DNA of 64,000 nucleotides from Nanoarchaeota archaeon SCGC AAA011-D5 (GCA_000405225.1 ASMP01000001.1:136496-200495), one strand, 5' to 3'. Shown: positions 43,636 to 54,293, counted from the first letter of the stretch. Notes: generated by a model from the letters alone, not told the origin. Numbers and translations: made by a program.

Positions 43636-43944
43636 ATGGCAGACATTTATTCGATAATCGAAAAGGCAAGAAAAACAGGAAAAGTTGAAAAAGGAACTAA
43701 CGAAGTCACAAAAGCCATAGAGAGGGGAACAGCAAAACTCGTGGTCTATGCCACAGATGTTTCTCCCAAGGAAATAGTTCAGCACATCCCTGTCTTGTGC
43801 AGGGAAAAGAAAATCCTTTGTAGGGAAGTTGACAGCAAGCAGAAACTGGGAATTGCCGTTGGAATTCCAGTGTCTGCATCTTCTGTGGCTGTTATTGAGC
43901 CAGGGGATTCTGAAAAAGACATTGCTGGCTTGAATAAAAATTAA
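43636..43944 (+). CDS. rpl7ae: ribosomal protein L7Ae
   Basis: [36 protein letters not shown]. Confidence 0.9.
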   Translation: MADIYSIIEKARKTGKVEKGTNEVTKAIERGTAKLVVYATDVSPKEIVQHIPVLCREKKILCREVDSKQKLGIAVGIPVSASSVAVIEPGDSEKDIAGLNKN

Positions 43945-43965
43945 AACACAAAAAGAAAATTAAAA

Positions 43966-44271
43966 ATGGGCGGAGCAAAACAGCAGTACAAATCAAAACA
44001 AACACAACAGTCACAGGCTTCTAAAGGAAGCGACAGGATTCTTACAGCGGAAGCTGTTCCTGCCCTTGTCGAGGACATAATAGGAAGAACAGGCTTTCGC
44101 GGAGAGATTACGCAGGTAAAAGCCCTGGTAACTTCTGGAAGAGATAAAGGGAGATCTATGAGAAGAAACGTCAAAGGCCCTGTAAGAATAGGAGATTACT
44201 TGATGCTGAGGGAGACAGAAATAGAGGCAAGAAGAATAAAGTCCAAAGTCACAAAAGGGACATACACATAA
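43966..44271 (+). CDS. rps28e: ribosomal protein S28e with an N-terminal extension of about 30 aa
   Basis: [16 protein letters not shown]...[21 protein letters not shown]. Confidence 0.85.
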   Translation: MGGAKQQYKSKQTQQSQASKGSDRILTAEAVPALVEDIIGRTGFRGEITQVKALVTSGRDKGRSMRRNVKGPVRIGDYLMLRETEIEARRIKSKVTKGTYT

Positions 44272-44272
44272 A

Positions 44273-44491
44273 ATGCCTACAAAACTAAATAGTTTAGAGA
44301 TACTTAGTGCCTTTGAAGAGATATTTAGAGCAGGTGTTCAATCTATTAAACTCAGTGGTTTATCTGGAGATGATGCTACGCTATGGGAAAATTGCCTTGA
44401 AAGTGAAGAAGAACACTATTTGATTGATGTGCATGAACCATCTAGAGCAAATCCATATTATTCAATTGAAATTAAATCTAAAAAAAGATAA
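44273..44491 (+). CDS. hypothetical 72-aa protein wedged between rps28e and rpl24e
   Basis: ORF with 1-2 nt spacers to both neighbours; acidic; no motif. Confidence 0.4.
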   Translation: MPTKLNSLEILSAFEEIFRAGVQSIKLSGLSGDDATLWENCLESEEEHYLIDVHEPSRANPYYSIEIKSKKR

Positions 44492-44493
44492 AA

Positions 44494-44667
44494 ATGCCTA
44501 AATGCAGCTATTGCGGGAAACAGTACGAGCCTCCGAGAGGCCTGACTCTTGTTTTCAATGACGGAACTCCCAGATACTTTTGCTCTTCAAAATGCAGGAA
44601 AAATTTTTTCCTTAAAAGAAGAAAAGTCAGATGGATTTCTAAGAAGAAAAGTAGCAAAATTAATTAG
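44494..44667 (+). CDS. rpl24e: ribosomal protein L24e
   Basis: Not in track; MPKCSYCGKQYEPPRGLTLVFNDGTPRYFCSSKCRKNFFLKRRKVRW. Confidence 0.85.
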   Translation: MPKCSYCGKQYEPPRGLTLVFNDGTPRYFCSSKCRKNFFLKRRKVRWISKKKSSKIN

Positions 44668-44777
44668 AATTTATGCCTTGTCCTAGGGTTCCAATAAAAC
44701 ATTGGAGATTTATAAGTTTAAAAACGTTCGTTTTAGCTCTAGATTAAGTTTAAAAAGTATTTTCTGAAATTTCTTTT

Positions 44778-45095
44778 ATGGAATTTTGCATAAATTGTAG
44801 TAGGCCTGTGGAATTGAATGAAAACAAAGAAAAATGTGTCTGTGGTTTTACAAACATAATTACTTCTAAAATATATTTCAGCGAGAAGATAAAAAAACAA
44901 GAAGAAAAAGGAAAAGGCATTCTTATTCCTGAAAAGTTTGGAGAAAAAGGATTTCCGCATATCTGTAAAAAATGTGGATATGAATATGCTGATGTTATAG
45001 ATTTGGGTTCGTCTTGGGCGGATGAATCAAATGTATATTTATTTAAATGTAAAAAATGCACTCACGTTACAAGAGATGCTTATGGAAGCCAATAA
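44778..45095 (+). CDS. tfs: transcription factor S / RNAP subunit M-like double zinc-ribbon protein
   Basis: N-terminal CINC...CVCG and C-terminal CKKCGYEYA...SWADESNVYLFKCKKCTH ribbon with an ADE loop. Confidence 0.55.
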   Translation: MEFCINCSRPVELNENKEKCVCGFTNIITSKIYFSEKIKKQEEKGKGILIPEKFGEKGFPHICKKCGYEYADVIDLGSSWADESNVYLFKCKKCTHVTRDAYGSQ

Positions 45096-45101
45096 TCAAT
45101 T

Positions 45102-45383
45102 TTAACAAAACTCATTTCTCTGTTCCAAAGTTCTGGGGTCTTTCCAGCTTTCAGAGAACTGAACAACAGCTCCTGTTATCGGGTTCATTTTTATGACTTC
45201 CAGGTCTTTGCAGAAAATCTCAAAATCCTGGCAGAGATTTTCTGAGTTGCAGATGGCTTTTGTATGGGAAAAGAGATGAGGATAATTAGATGATGAATTA
45301 GAGGTTGTTAATGCTAATAATAAAGTTGTTAAAAGGATTAAAATGACCATTAATGCTGTTATCAAACTTGTCCTTTTTTTCAT
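45102..45383 (-). CDS. small membrane-anchored Cys-containing protein
   Basis: N-terminal TM followed by a 4-Cys ectodomain. Confidence 0.4.
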   Translation of the reverse strand: MKKRTSLITALMVILILLTTLLLALTTSNSSSNYPHLFSHTKAICNSENLCQDFEIFCKDLEVIKMNPITGAVVQFSESWKDPRTLEQRNEFC

Positions 45384-45602
45384 AAAATTGTCATTATTTT
45401 CTTGTTTTTAAAGATATGTGTTTTTTCCTGAAATTTTGATGAAAAATTGCATTTGCCGTCGATAAATGGCGAGAAAAGTTTATAAAGCATCTTTCCTTTT
45501 TTCATAATAATAGGGTAAAAATAATAGAACTTTCTGCTCCACTTTTATGTTAAAAAGTAAGGCTGGAGCAGGAAGTGTCTAACCTATTCTTAAGTACACA
45601 AA

Positions 45603-47498
45603 ATGCCAGAAAAATACAGCGCAGAATCAATAAAAGTTCTTGAAGGACTTGAGGGAGTTCGAAAAAGGCCTGCAATGTATGTTGGCTCCACTGGCAAAGA
45701 AGGATTGCATCACTTGATATATGAAGCTGTGGATAATTCTGTGGATGAGGCATTGGCAGGAGTATGCAAAAATATCACTGTTTCTATCAACAAAGACGGT
45801 TCTGCCACAATAGAAGATGATGGAAGAGGAATACCTGTCGATATACACCCCATATACAAAGTTCCCGCTGTCCAGATAGCTCTTACAAAGCTCCATGCAG
45901 GGGGAAAATTTGACAAGAAATCCTATGAGATTTCTGGGGGACTTCATGGAGTAGGTATATCTGTTGTAAATGCCCTTTCAAAGAAGTTAATAGTGGAAAT
46001 AAAAAGAGATGGAAAAATATACCGGCAGGAATATTCAAGAGGGGATGTAAAGACCAAGCTGGAAGTAGCTGGAAAATATTCTGAAAACGGCTCTGGCACA
46101 AAAGTAATTTTCTGGCCAGACGAAACCATTTTTTCAACTGTCAATTTTGACTACAAAGTCTTGGAAACAAGATTTAGGGAAATAACATTTCTCAATCCCG
46201 GTCTTAAGATAAACTTAATAGATGAAATAAAAGGAAAAGATGAGGAATTTTTCTCATCTGGAGGACTAATGGAGTTTGTCAAGTGGATGAATGAATCTAA
46301 AGAAGTTCTTCACAAGCCAATATATTTCAAAAAAGATGTGGACAAAACGATAATAGAAGTTGCCATACAATATAATGATGGTTATCAGGAAAATATTTTT
46401 GGATTTGTCAACACAATAAATACGGTAGAGGGTGGGACGCATGTTTCTGGTTTTAAGACTGCTGTTACAAGAGTCATAAATGATTATGCAAAGAAAACAG
46501 GAATGCTGAAAAATGGTTCCAGCGAGGAAAGTTTAACAGGAGAAGATGTAAGAGAAGGATTGACGGCTATAATAAGCCTAAAAATATCTGAGCCTCAGTT
46601 TGAAGGACAGACAAAAACTAAATTGGGCAATTCTGAAGTAAAGGGATTGGTTGACTCTGCTGTGACTGCCTCGCTTTCCCAATTCTTTGAGGAAAACCCC
46701 GTTATTGCAAAGAAAATAACTCTTAAGGCGCTTGAATCTGCAAAGGCAAGGCTTGCAGCCAAAAAGGCAAAGGACCTGATAAGAAGAAAGAATGCATTTT
46801 CATTGGGCGGACTTCCAGGCAAGCTTGCAGATTGCTCAAGCAAGAAGACAGAGAATACCGAACTTTATATTGTTGAGGGAGAGAGCGCTGCAGGTTCGAG
46901 CAAAATGGCAAGAGACAAGGAAAACCAGGCAATACTCCCACTTAAGGGAAAAATATTGAATGTTGAAAAATCAAATCCTATCAAGGCACTTTCAAGCGAG
47001 GAAATTGCAAACATAATAACTGTAGCAGGAACAGGAGTTGGAGACCAGTTTGATGTCTCTAATTTAAGATATGGTAAAATAATAATCATGACAGATGCAG
47101 ATGTTGACGGAGAACACATTAAGACACTGCTACTGACATTTTTCTTCAGGTTTATGCCTAGGCTGATAGAAAATGGAAACATCTATGTCGCTCTTCCCCC
47201 ATTGTACAGAATAAGAAAAGGACAAAAGGATGAATATGTTTATTCTGACGAAGAGCTAAAAAAAGCAATTGAAAAGACAGACGCGACTAATGTAACAAGA
47301 TTTAAGGGTCTTGGAGAGATGAATTCCCAGCAGCTTTGGGACACTACAATGGATCCAAAAACAAGAAAACTGAAAAAGATATTCATAGAGGATGCAATTG
47401 AAGCTGACAAAGTATTTTCAATGCTTATGGGCGATGATGTTCCTGCAAGAAAACAGTTCATCCAGGAAAACGCAAAGGAGGCTAATCTCGATATATGA
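45603..47498 (+). CDS. gyrB: DNA gyrase subunit B
   Basis: LEGLEGVRKRPAMYVGST, HHLIYEAVDNSVDEA, Toprim ELYIVEGESAAGS, PLKGKILNVEK, IIIMTDADVDGEHI. Confidence 0.95.
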   Translation: MPEKYSAESIKVLEGLEGVRKRPAMYVGSTGKEGLHHLIYEAVDNSVDEALAGVCKNITVSINKDGSATIEDDGRGIPVDIHPIYKVPAVQIALTKLHAGGKFDKKSYEISGGLHGVGISVVNALSKKLIVEIKRDGKIYRQEYSRGDVKTKLEVAGKYSENGSGTKVIFWPDETIFSTVNFDYKVLETRFREITFLNPGLKINLIDEIKGKDEEFFSSGGLMEFVKWMNESKEVLHKPIYFKKDVDKTIIEVAIQYNDGYQENIFGFVNTINTVEGGTHVSGFKTAVTRVINDYAKKTGMLKNGSSEESLTGEDVREGLTAIISLKISEPQFEGQTKTKLGNSEVKGLVDSAVTASLSQFFEENPVIAKKITLKALESAKARLAAKKAKDLIRRKNAFSLGGLPGKLADCSSKKTENTELYIVEGESAAGSSKMARDKENQAILPLKGKILNVEKSNPIKALSSEEIANIITVAGTGVGDQFDVSNLRYGKIIIMTDADVDGEHIKTLLLTFFFRFMPRLIENGNIYVALPPLYRIRKGQKDEYVYSDEELKKAIEKTDATNVTRFKGLGEMNSQQLWDTTMDPKTRKLKKIFIEDAIEADKVFSMLMGDDVPARKQFIQENAKEANLDI

Positions 47499-47510
47499 TG
47501 TCTTGATTAT

Positions 47511-47531
47511 CCATGCTTCGTCCAAGCATGG
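47511..47531. repeat. perfect 8-bp-stem hairpin CCATGCTT-cgtcc-AAGCATGG just after gyrB
   Basis: Read directly; sits between the gyrB stop and the relic copy of its last codons. Confidence 0.7.
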
Positions 47532-47539
47532 CCAAATCA

Positions 47540-47560
47540 GAGGCTAATTTAGATATATAA
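47540..47560 (+). repeat. relic copy of the last gyrB codons (EANLDI*)
   Basis: gaggctaatttagatatataa versus gaggctaatctcgatatatga (47478-47498); with the upstream codons it reads AKSEANLDI* versus AKEANLDI*. Confidence 0.6.
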
Positions 47561-47568
47561 CAGGTAAA

Positions 47569-47952
47569 ATGTCAGAGCCAGAGGAAGAAATTCATCAAAA
47601 AGTTTGGGGAAATGAAAGATGGTTAGTGAATACAATAGACTACTGCGGGAAAATTTTAACCCTGAATGAAGGGTATAGGTGTAGCATTCATTACCATAAG
47701 AAAAAGGATGAAACTTTTTATCTTTCAGAAGGGAGAGTTTTATTGGAAATAGATGGGGAAAAAAGGGTTATGCAAAAAGGAGATGCCCAGAGAATTCCCC
47801 CATTAACAAAACACAGATTTAGCGGCTTGGAAACATCTATAATAATTGAATTTTCAACACATCATGAAGAGGAAGACACTTATAGGGAAACAGAAAGCGA
47901 AAAAATTCCTGAGGAAGAATTCAGGAAACTATTAAAAAAACTTGGTATATAA
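47569..47952 (+). CDS. cupin-domain protein
   Basis: WGNERWL...GKILTLNEGYRCSIHYHKKKDETFYLSEGRVLLEIDGE...KHRF two-motif cupin pattern. Confidence 0.65.
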   Translation: MSEPEEEIHQKVWGNERWLVNTIDYCGKILTLNEGYRCSIHYHKKKDETFYLSEGRVLLEIDGEKRVMQKGDAQRIPPLTKHRFSGLETSIIIEFSTHHEEEDTYRETESEKIPEEEFRKLLKKLGI

Positions 47953-47953
47953 A

Positions 47954-48133
47954 ATGAAAGTAAAAATAACCTGTCCAAAATGCGGGTCATCTAATGTAAG
48001 CATAATTTCTGACGTTTCTAATCTGGAAAACCCAACACCGATGTACAAATGCAATAAGTGTATGTATAAGCACAGGCTGTTCCCAAGATTTGAAAGTGAT
48101 AAAAACAGGGAATCAGAAGAGGGAGAAGAATAA
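47954..48133 (+). CDS. small zinc-ribbon protein
   Basis: Start set to ATG MKVKITCPKCGSS...YKCNKCMY; acidic tail. Confidence 0.45.
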   Translation: MKVKITCPKCGSSNVSIISDVSNLENPTPMYKCNKCMYKHRLFPRFESDKNRESEEGEE

Positions 48134-48134
48134 A

Positions 48135-48401
48135 ATGGGGAAACTGACAACGCCTGACTGGATTTTGAAAGGCGGGAAGAAGCCTGTAAAGAAAAAAGAA
48201 AAAGGAATTTTCAAAATAAGAAAATGTCCTAAATGTGGAAGTGATAAAGTCAGCGTTGTATTGGGGGCAGAGGAAGGCAATGGAAATGGAGAATGGGAAT
48301 GTAAGAAATGCAAGTGGTCAGGAAAAAATATTTCCATGGACTATGTTTCAGAGGAGGAATTTATGAAGTATCTGGATGAAAAAGGGGAGGAGGTTGCGTA
48401 A
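48135..48401 (+). CDS. small zinc-ribbon protein (resembles the preceding ORF)
   Basis: Start set to MGKLTT; [14 protein letters not shown]...[10 protein letters not shown]. Confidence 0.45.
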   Translation: MGKLTTPDWILKGGKKPVKKKEKGIFKIRKCPKCGSDKVSVVLGAEEGNGNGEWECKKCKWSGKNISMDYVSEEEFMKYLDEKGEEVA

Positions 48402-48403
48402 AA

Positions 48404-50857
48404 ATGGCAGAAGAAAAAGAAAAACCAAATGAAGAAAAGAAAGAAAGCGAAAGAGGAATAATAGACACCGAAGTATCTGGAGAGATGAAGAAGGCATATC
48501 TTGATTATGCCATGTCTGTGATAGTTGCTCGCGCCCTTCCTGCCGTCGAGGACGGCCTGAAACCTGTCCAGAGAAGAATTTTATTTTCAATGAATTTGAT
48601 GGGGCTTAAGCCTAACACGCAGACAAAAAAGAGCGCGAGAATAGTTGGAGACGTGATAGGTAAGTATCATCCACACGGAGATGTAGCTGTTTATGATGCA
48701 ATGGTCAGGATGGCTCAGAATTTTTCATTGAGATATCCTTTAGTATATGGACAAGGAAATTTTGGGAGCGTCGACGGAGATCCTCCTGCTGCTTATAGAT
48801 ATACAGAAGCAAAGTTAGAGGAAATATCTATGGAATTGTTGCAGGACATAGAAAAAGAGACAGTTAAGTTTACTCCTAACTTTGATAACTCACTGAAGGA
48901 ACCACTTCTTCTTCCAGGCAAGCTTCCTGCGTTGCTACTGAACGGAGCATCTGGTATTGCTGTTGGAATGGCCACAAATCTTCCCCCCCATAATTTAATA
49001 GAAGTATGTGATGCAATTATTGCCTGCATAAAAAATCCTGAAATTACAATAGAACAACTTACCGAGATAGTAACAGGTCCTGATTTTCCTACTGGCGGAA
49101 TATTACAAGGAGACATGAACGAGATGTACAAGACAGGAAGGGGTAAGCTGATAGTGAGAGGAAAGATTTCTGTTGAGGATGTGAAGAATAAAGAATTAGT
49201 TGTGATAACAGAAATTCCTTATATGCTAAACAAATCTTCTCTTGTAGAACAAATAGCAGAATTGATTCAGGCCAAAAAGATAAAAGATATATCTGATTTA
49301 AGGGATGAATCGTCAAAAGGAAAAATAAGAATTGTTCTTGAGCTTAGAAAAGGAGTTGATTCTAAGTTTGTCATAAATGCACTTCATAAATACACGAGGC
49401 TTCAGGATTCATTCAATGCAAACTTTTTGGCTCTGGTCGGAGGCCAGCCAAGAGTTTTGAACCTAAAGCAAATTCTCGAAGAGTATGTTAAATATCGAAA
49501 ATTAATTGTAACAAAAAGGACAAGTTTTGAGTTAAGGAAAGCAAAGGAGAGGCAGGAAATAGTAGGGGGACTTCTGATAGCTCTAAAGCACATAGATGAA
49601 GTTATAGCACTTATTAAAAAATCCAAGACCGTTGCAGAAGCTTCAGAAGGTTTGTCTAAAAAATTTGGTCTTACTCATAAACAATCACAGGCTGTTTTGG
49701 ATACCAAGCTTCAGCAATTGACTTCTCTCGAAAGGGAAAAGCTTCAGAAAGAGGCTGAAGAGCTGAAGAATAAAATTGAAGAGTATGAAAAAATATTAGC
49801 TGACATAAAGGAAGTCCTGAAGATAATTCTTAAGGAAGTTCATGAACTTAAGAGCAAATATGGAGATGCAAGAAGGACACAGGTTCTTAAGAGAATAAGC
49901 GAGATTTCAGAGAAAGACTTGGTTCAGGAAAAAGAAGTTGTTGTTACAATAACTGACAAGGGATACTGCAAGAGGATGGACATAAAGACTTACAAGGAGC
50001 AGAAGAGAGGCGGAAAGGGAGTGATAGGAAGCAATCTTGCAACAGGAGACTTCACAAAACAACTAATTCCCTGCTCGACTCATGATTATTTGATGTTTTT
50101 TACTGGAGCAGGAAAAATTCTTTGGTTAAAGGCATATGACATACCTGAAGCAGAAAGATATGGAAAAGGGAAGGCCTTGATTAATCTTCTGAATTTGAAA
50201 GATGACAGAATAACCAATGTCATAGCTGTCAAGAAATTTGAAGATTCTTTATTTATTGCAACAAAGAACGGACAGGTCAAGAAGATATCCATGTCTCATT
50301 TTTCAAAACCAAGAGCTTCAGGGGTTAGAGTAATAAATCTCCCAGCTGATAATTCAGACAGCGTGATAGATGTCCAGGTTGTCAAAAAAAGCCAGGAAGT
50401 TTTGCTTGCTACAAAGAAAGGACAGGCAATAAGATTTAACAGCGACGACGTAAGAGAGATGGGAAGGGCAAGCTATGGAGTAACAGGAATAAAATTAGAC
50501 AAGGGAGATGAAGTAGTGAGTTTGGAAGTATTGAGCACAGCAACTATCTTGACAATGACAAAGAATGGCTATGGAAAGAGAACAGCTGTGGAAGATTACA
50601 GGAAAACGGCAAGGGCAGGAAAGGGAGTAATCAATGTTAAAGTGTCTCAAAAAACGGGCGATGTTGTAAACACAGTATCTGTCAATGATACCGACAATAT
50701 AATAATTACAACATCAAAAGGAATGGTTATAAGAACAACTTTAAAGAACATAAGGGTAATGGGAAGGGCAACACAGGGAGTAAGAATAGTAAAGCTTCAT
50801 GAGGGAGACAGCGTCACTGATTTGATAAAGGTCCTGGAAGCAGGAAATGGGGAATAA
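48404..50857 (+). CDS. gyrA: DNA gyrase subunit A
   Basis: [31 protein letters not shown], active-site [11 protein letters not shown]-terminal beta-pinwheel repeats. Confidence 0.95.
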   Translation: MAEEKEKPNEEKKESERGIIDTEVSGEMKKAYLDYAMSVIVARALPAVEDGLKPVQRRILFSMNLMGLKPNTQTKKSARIVGDVIGKYHPHGDVAVYDAMVRMAQNFSLRYPLVYGQGNFGSVDGDPPAAYRYTEAKLEEISMELLQDIEKETVKFTPNFDNSLKEPLLLPGKLPALLLNGASGIAVGMATNLPPHNLIEVCDAIIACIKNPEITIEQLTEIVTGPDFPTGGILQGDMNEMYKTGRGKLIVRGKISVEDVKNKELVVITEIPYMLNKSSLVEQIAELIQAKKIKDISDLRDESSKGKIRIVLELRKGVDSKFVINALHKYTRLQDSFNANFLALVGGQPRVLNLKQILEEYVKYRKLIVTKRTSFELRKAKERQEIVGGLLIALKHIDEVIALIKKSKTVAEASEGLSKKFGLTHKQSQAVLDTKLQQLTSLEREKLQKEAEELKNKIEEYEKILADIKEVLKIILKEVHELKSKYGDARRTQVLKRISEISEKDLVQEKEVVVTITDKGYCKRMDIKTYKEQKRGGKGVIGSNLATGDFTKQLIPCSTHDYLMFFTGAGKILWLKAYDIPEAERYGKGKALINLLNLKDDRITNVIAVKKFEDSLFIATKNGQVKKISMSHFSKPRASGVRVINLPADNSDSVIDVQVVKKSQEVLLATKKGQAIRFNSDDVREMGRASYGVTGIKLDKGDEVVSLEVLSTATILTMTKNGYGKRTAVEDYRKTARAGKGVINVKVSQKTGDVVNTVSVNDTDNIIITTSKGMVIRTTLKNIRVMGRATQGVRIVKLHEGDSVTDLIKVLEAGNGE

Positions 50858-51025
50858 TATTAATATTGAAGACAGAAGGTAAGATTAAATTAGGAGAGTA
50901 AGTATTAATTCTTAAATAGTTACAGAATAGAGGGAATGTTAAGTATTCGGGAGATGAATAAGGTGTTAAGGGGCGGGAGTTAGGAGTTTAATAATATTTT
51001 TAAGTAAGGTTAGTTTAGGTTATTT

Positions 51026-53485
51026 ATGCACGAATTACAAAAGATTAACACTCTTGGACTTGAAAATATTAACTATGCTATTGTTGAGAAAACTCGCCCT
51101 ATGATGTATAAGGCGATGAAATATTGGGGCAAAAAACCAAGTAACATTTTCAAAGATTATATTAAACATTATTCTAATAAAAATGAGATAGTTCTTGACG
51201 CTTTTGCGGGTAGCGGTGTTTGTCCTTTGGAAGCAATACAAACAGGCAGAAAGGCAGTAGCAGTTGATTTAAATCCAATTTCGGGTTTTATAACAAAGAT
51301 GTTGGCTACCCCCTTAAATATCTCAAAATTTAGGGAAGAATGGGTTAAAGTTAAAGCAGACTTTTGTAAGTTTGAAAAAGGAGCAGAATTATTTTTAACA
51401 ACTTGCCCAAAGTGTAAAAAACAGGCAAGGATAATTAATGTTCATTATGATGGAAGCCCAACAGAAATAAGATATAAATGTTCTTGTGAAAAAAAGAACG
51501 GAACCAAAAAAATAGATGATAATGATTTAACATTAATAGAGAAAGCAAATAAAACTAAAATAAGTTTTTGGTATCCAAAGGACAAATTTCCGAATACAGA
51601 CACTTTTGATGGGGCAAAAAAGAATGTAGGGGATTATTTCTATAATCTATGGACTAAAAGAAGTTTGTATTCTCTTGCGTATATGTTTAATAGAATTAAT
51701 GATATAAAAGATGAGAAATTAAAAGAGTTTTTCAAATTTGCATTTATTTCTATGCTTCATCTATCAACTAAAATGGTTTCTGCAAGAAGAGAAAAAAGTG
51801 AAAGACCAGATAGCGGAAGTTGGGGCAGACCTGCATATTTATTTCCAAAAAGGCATTTAGAACAAAATCCCTTTTTACTATTTGAGAGAGCAATAGACGA
51901 TAGACAAGGTATCGTAAAGGCAAAAGAAAGTTCAAATGAACTTTTAGATAATAAAACAAAATTTGCAAAGAATTTTGAAGATTTAAAAGATAATGATAAA
52001 AATTTGTTAATTTTGAAAAGAAACTCTATTGAACTATCTAAATTTATTCCAAATGAGAGTATAGATTTTGTTTTAACAGACCCGCCATACGGGGGATTAA
52101 TAAAATATTTTGATTTGAGTTCTATTTGGTCTATATGGTTAAAGGGTGAAGAGCAAAATAAAGAGTTTGATATTCCCTATGATGAAGAAATAACTCTTGA
52201 TAAAAAAAGAGATTTTGATTATTATGATAAAATGTTGTATAAAGCATTTTCAGAAGTTAATAAAATATTAAAGACTAATAGATACTTAATAGTTACATTC
52301 CATAATTCACAGCCAAGAATATTTAATTCAATTATGAAGTCTTGCGTTAATGCGGGATTTGTTCTTGAAGAAATCTTATTTCAACAAAATAAAAGGGCTT
52401 CTGAAAGTGGTGTTGCCAATCCGTGGGGGACAGCAATAAGCGATTTTTATTTAAGATTTAGAAAACCAACAAAAGAAGAGAAGAAGATTGAGGGATTAAA
52501 TAGAGATGGATTTGAAAAACTTGTTGTTAATTCTGCTAAAATTGTTCTTGCAAAAAGGGGACAGCCCAGCGAATTATACAATATTTTAAGCGGGGTTTAT
52601 ATGGAATTATACAAATACGGACAATATCTTAAAGCAGATACAACAGAAGATATTGCAGACATCTTAAAAAAAAGAATTGGAAAAGAATTTGTTTTAGTTG
52701 AAGCAGATGAAGAAAACATAAAAAAGGGAAAAAGATGGTGGTTTAGTGAAGAGGAAAAAAGAAAGCATAAATTAGAAACTCCCCTGTCTGATAGAATTGA
52801 AACTGCAATAATCCAAACATTCCACGATAAAATAAAAATTTCCTATGATGATATACTACAAACACTTTTTGTAGAATTTCCAAATTCATATACGCCTGAT
52901 AATAGTAGTATAAACAATTTAATAAAAGAATATGGAACTAAACAGAAAGATGGAACTTGGATGTTAAAGAGTAGTTTCAAAAAAGACGAAAGTAAGCATA
53001 TTGTTATTGAAAGAATTTTAGCAGAGATAGGAAAAAAACTTGGCTATAAAATTTGGTGTCCTGATAAGGGAAGAGATAATAGACTTCAAGAATTATGTGA
53101 AAGTCGTCTCGGTTTTGACTTTGAGGGCAAAGAAAGGGTTGAAAAAATAGATATTCTTTGGTTTAAAGAGGATAAGATTTATTATGCTTTTGAAGTTGAA
53201 AATTCTACTTCAATAACCTCTGCTTTAGAGAGATGTTCTAATTTACCAAATGGGGAAGATACTAAAAAAATGATTTTGATACCAAGTGAGAGAGCAAAAT
53301 TTCTTAATAGAAAAATAAAAGAACCTATGTTTAAAGAGAGATTTATTTTAGATAAATGGCGTGTTGCTTCTTATGAAGAATTAGAAAAACTATCAAATAA
53401 GAAAAGTATAAGTGAAGAAGACTTTGATTTGATTTTTTCACAAGCCCTAAAAATAAAAGAGGGCATCCAATCTAAACTTTTCTGA
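51026..53485 (+). CDS. Zn-ribbon adenine-type DNA methyltransferase (COG1743-like) fused to a C-terminal nuclease-like domain
   Basis: KYWGKKPSNI...VLDAFAGSGVCPLEA...AVDLNPIS (motif X/I), CPKCKK...CSCEKK ribbon, TDPPYGGLIKYFDLSSIWSIWL (motif IV); C-terminal IDILWF...YAFEVENSTS PD-(D/E)xK-like segment. Confidence 0.7.
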   Translation: MHELQKINTLGLENINYAIVEKTRPMMYKAMKYWGKKPSNIFKDYIKHYSNKNEIVLDAFAGSGVCPLEAIQTGRKAVAVDLNPISGFITKMLATPLNISKFREEWVKVKADFCKFEKGAELFLTTCPKCKKQARIINVHYDGSPTEIRYKCSCEKKNGTKKIDDNDLTLIEKANKTKISFWYPKDKFPNTDTFDGAKKNVGDYFYNLWTKRSLYSLAYMFNRINDIKDEKLKEFFKFAFISMLHLSTKMVSARREKSERPDSGSWGRPAYLFPKRHLEQNPFLLFERAIDDRQGIVKAKESSNELLDNKTKFAKNFEDLKDNDKNLLILKRNSIELSKFIPNESIDFVLTDPPYGGLIKYFDLSSIWSIWLKGEEQNKEFDIPYDEEITLDKKRDFDYYDKMLYKAFSEVNKILKTNRYLIVTFHNSQPRIFNSIMKSCVNAGFVLEEILFQQNKRASESGVANPWGTAISDFYLRFRKPTKEEKKIEGLNRDGFEKLVVNSAKIVLAKRGQPSELYNILSGVYMELYKYGQYLKADTTEDIADILKKRIGKEFVLVEADEENIKKGKRWWFSEEEKRKHKLETPLSDRIETAIIQTFHDKIKISYDDILQTLFVEFPNSYTPDNSSINNLIKEYGTKQKDGTWMLKSSFKKDESKHIVIERILAEIGKKLGYKIWCPDKGRDNRLQELCESRLGFDFEGKERVEKIDILWFKEDKIYYAFEVENSTSITSALERCSNLPNGEDTKKMILIPSERAKFLNRKIKEPMFKERFILDKWRVASYEELEKLSNKKSISEEDFDLIFSQALKIKEGIQSKLF

Positions 53486-54293
53486 AATTAAGGATATATT
53501 GATGATGATGATTTATTTTGTAAGCATAGGGGTAACCAAAAGGATATAATGGTTTGCTATTTTGCATTAAGACCACAGACCCAGAAAATTCAAAACCTAT
53601 TTTTTGCATTAACTTAATAACATCTCCGTGAGCATTAGTTTCTTTTTTCTTGACTGTGAAATCGCTTATAATTATTGAGCAGTATTTATTTTCTCTTAAT
53701 CTTTTATAAACTTCTTTCATAATTTTCCCAAATAAGACTAAAAAATCACTATAAGATTTTTGATTTCCTACATCATCAGGATATTCGGAATAATATTCAA
53801 CCCCCTGCCTCCTTTGACTACCATCTGACCTTATGCCCATTCCCTTGTTTCTTAAAATATTGTGATAAGGCGGAGATGTTATACAATAATCAATTTTATC
53901 TATTTCAGGAATTTTCTTTAAGGAATTTCCTTTAATTATTTTAATATGCCCATTTATTTTTACCCCTAACTTTTTTAATCTTCTTTTTGCAAGTTCGCAA
54001 TATTTTTTACTTAAATCTATTCCTATGGCTTTTCTGTCTTCTAATGCAGAAGCGATTAAAGTTGTCCCACTACCCATAAAAGGGTCTAAAACCAGCATAT
54101 CCCTCTTCGTAAATAATCTTATTAATTTTCTTATGTCTTTTATAAGAAATGGAGCAGGATGTTCAAATGCGTCTTTATCTTCCGCACATCTTTCACTAAT
54201 CCAAACACTTTTAGTTAGTTGTAACCATTCCTTTCCTGTCAGATTATTTATTTTATTTCTTTTGTCGTATTTTCCTTTCATTTTTCTTAACAT
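53472..54293 (-). CDS. SPPY-type (N4-cytosine-like) DNA methyltransferase, motif I before motif IV
   Basis: HPAPFLIKDI...VLDPFMGSGTT and CITSPPYHNI; start uncertain (ATG at 54320, 54293 or 54281); 14-nt convergent overlap with the 819-aa gene. Confidence 0.75.
   Translation of the reverse strand: MLRKMKGKYDKRNKINNLTGKEWLQLTKSVWISERCAEDKDAFEHPAPFLIKDIRKLIRLFTKRDMLVLDPFMGSGTTLIASALEDRKAIGIDLSKKYCELAKRRLKKLGVKINGHIKIIKGNSLKKIPEIDKIDYCITSPPYHNILRNKGMGIRSDGSQRRQGVEYYSEYPDDVGNQKSYSDFLVLFGKIMKEVYKRLRENKYCSIIISDFTVKKKETNAHGDVIKLMQKIGFEFSGSVVLMQNSKPLYPFGYPYAYKINHHHQYILNFRKV

Noticed and set aside
45534-45571. Inverted repeat CTGCTCCA...TGGAGCAG upstream of gyrB
   Set aside because: The arms are only 8 bp with a 22-nt loop. 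This is within chance expectation and there is no supporting conservation data.
45603-50857. Checked gyrB and gyrA (and also rfcS/rfcL, aIF5B and ppsA elsewhere in the window) for inteins
   Set aside because: Protein lengths are normal and the conserved motifs are contiguous, with no intein-like insertions. Only PpsA is long, and that is due to its C-terminal acidic tail.
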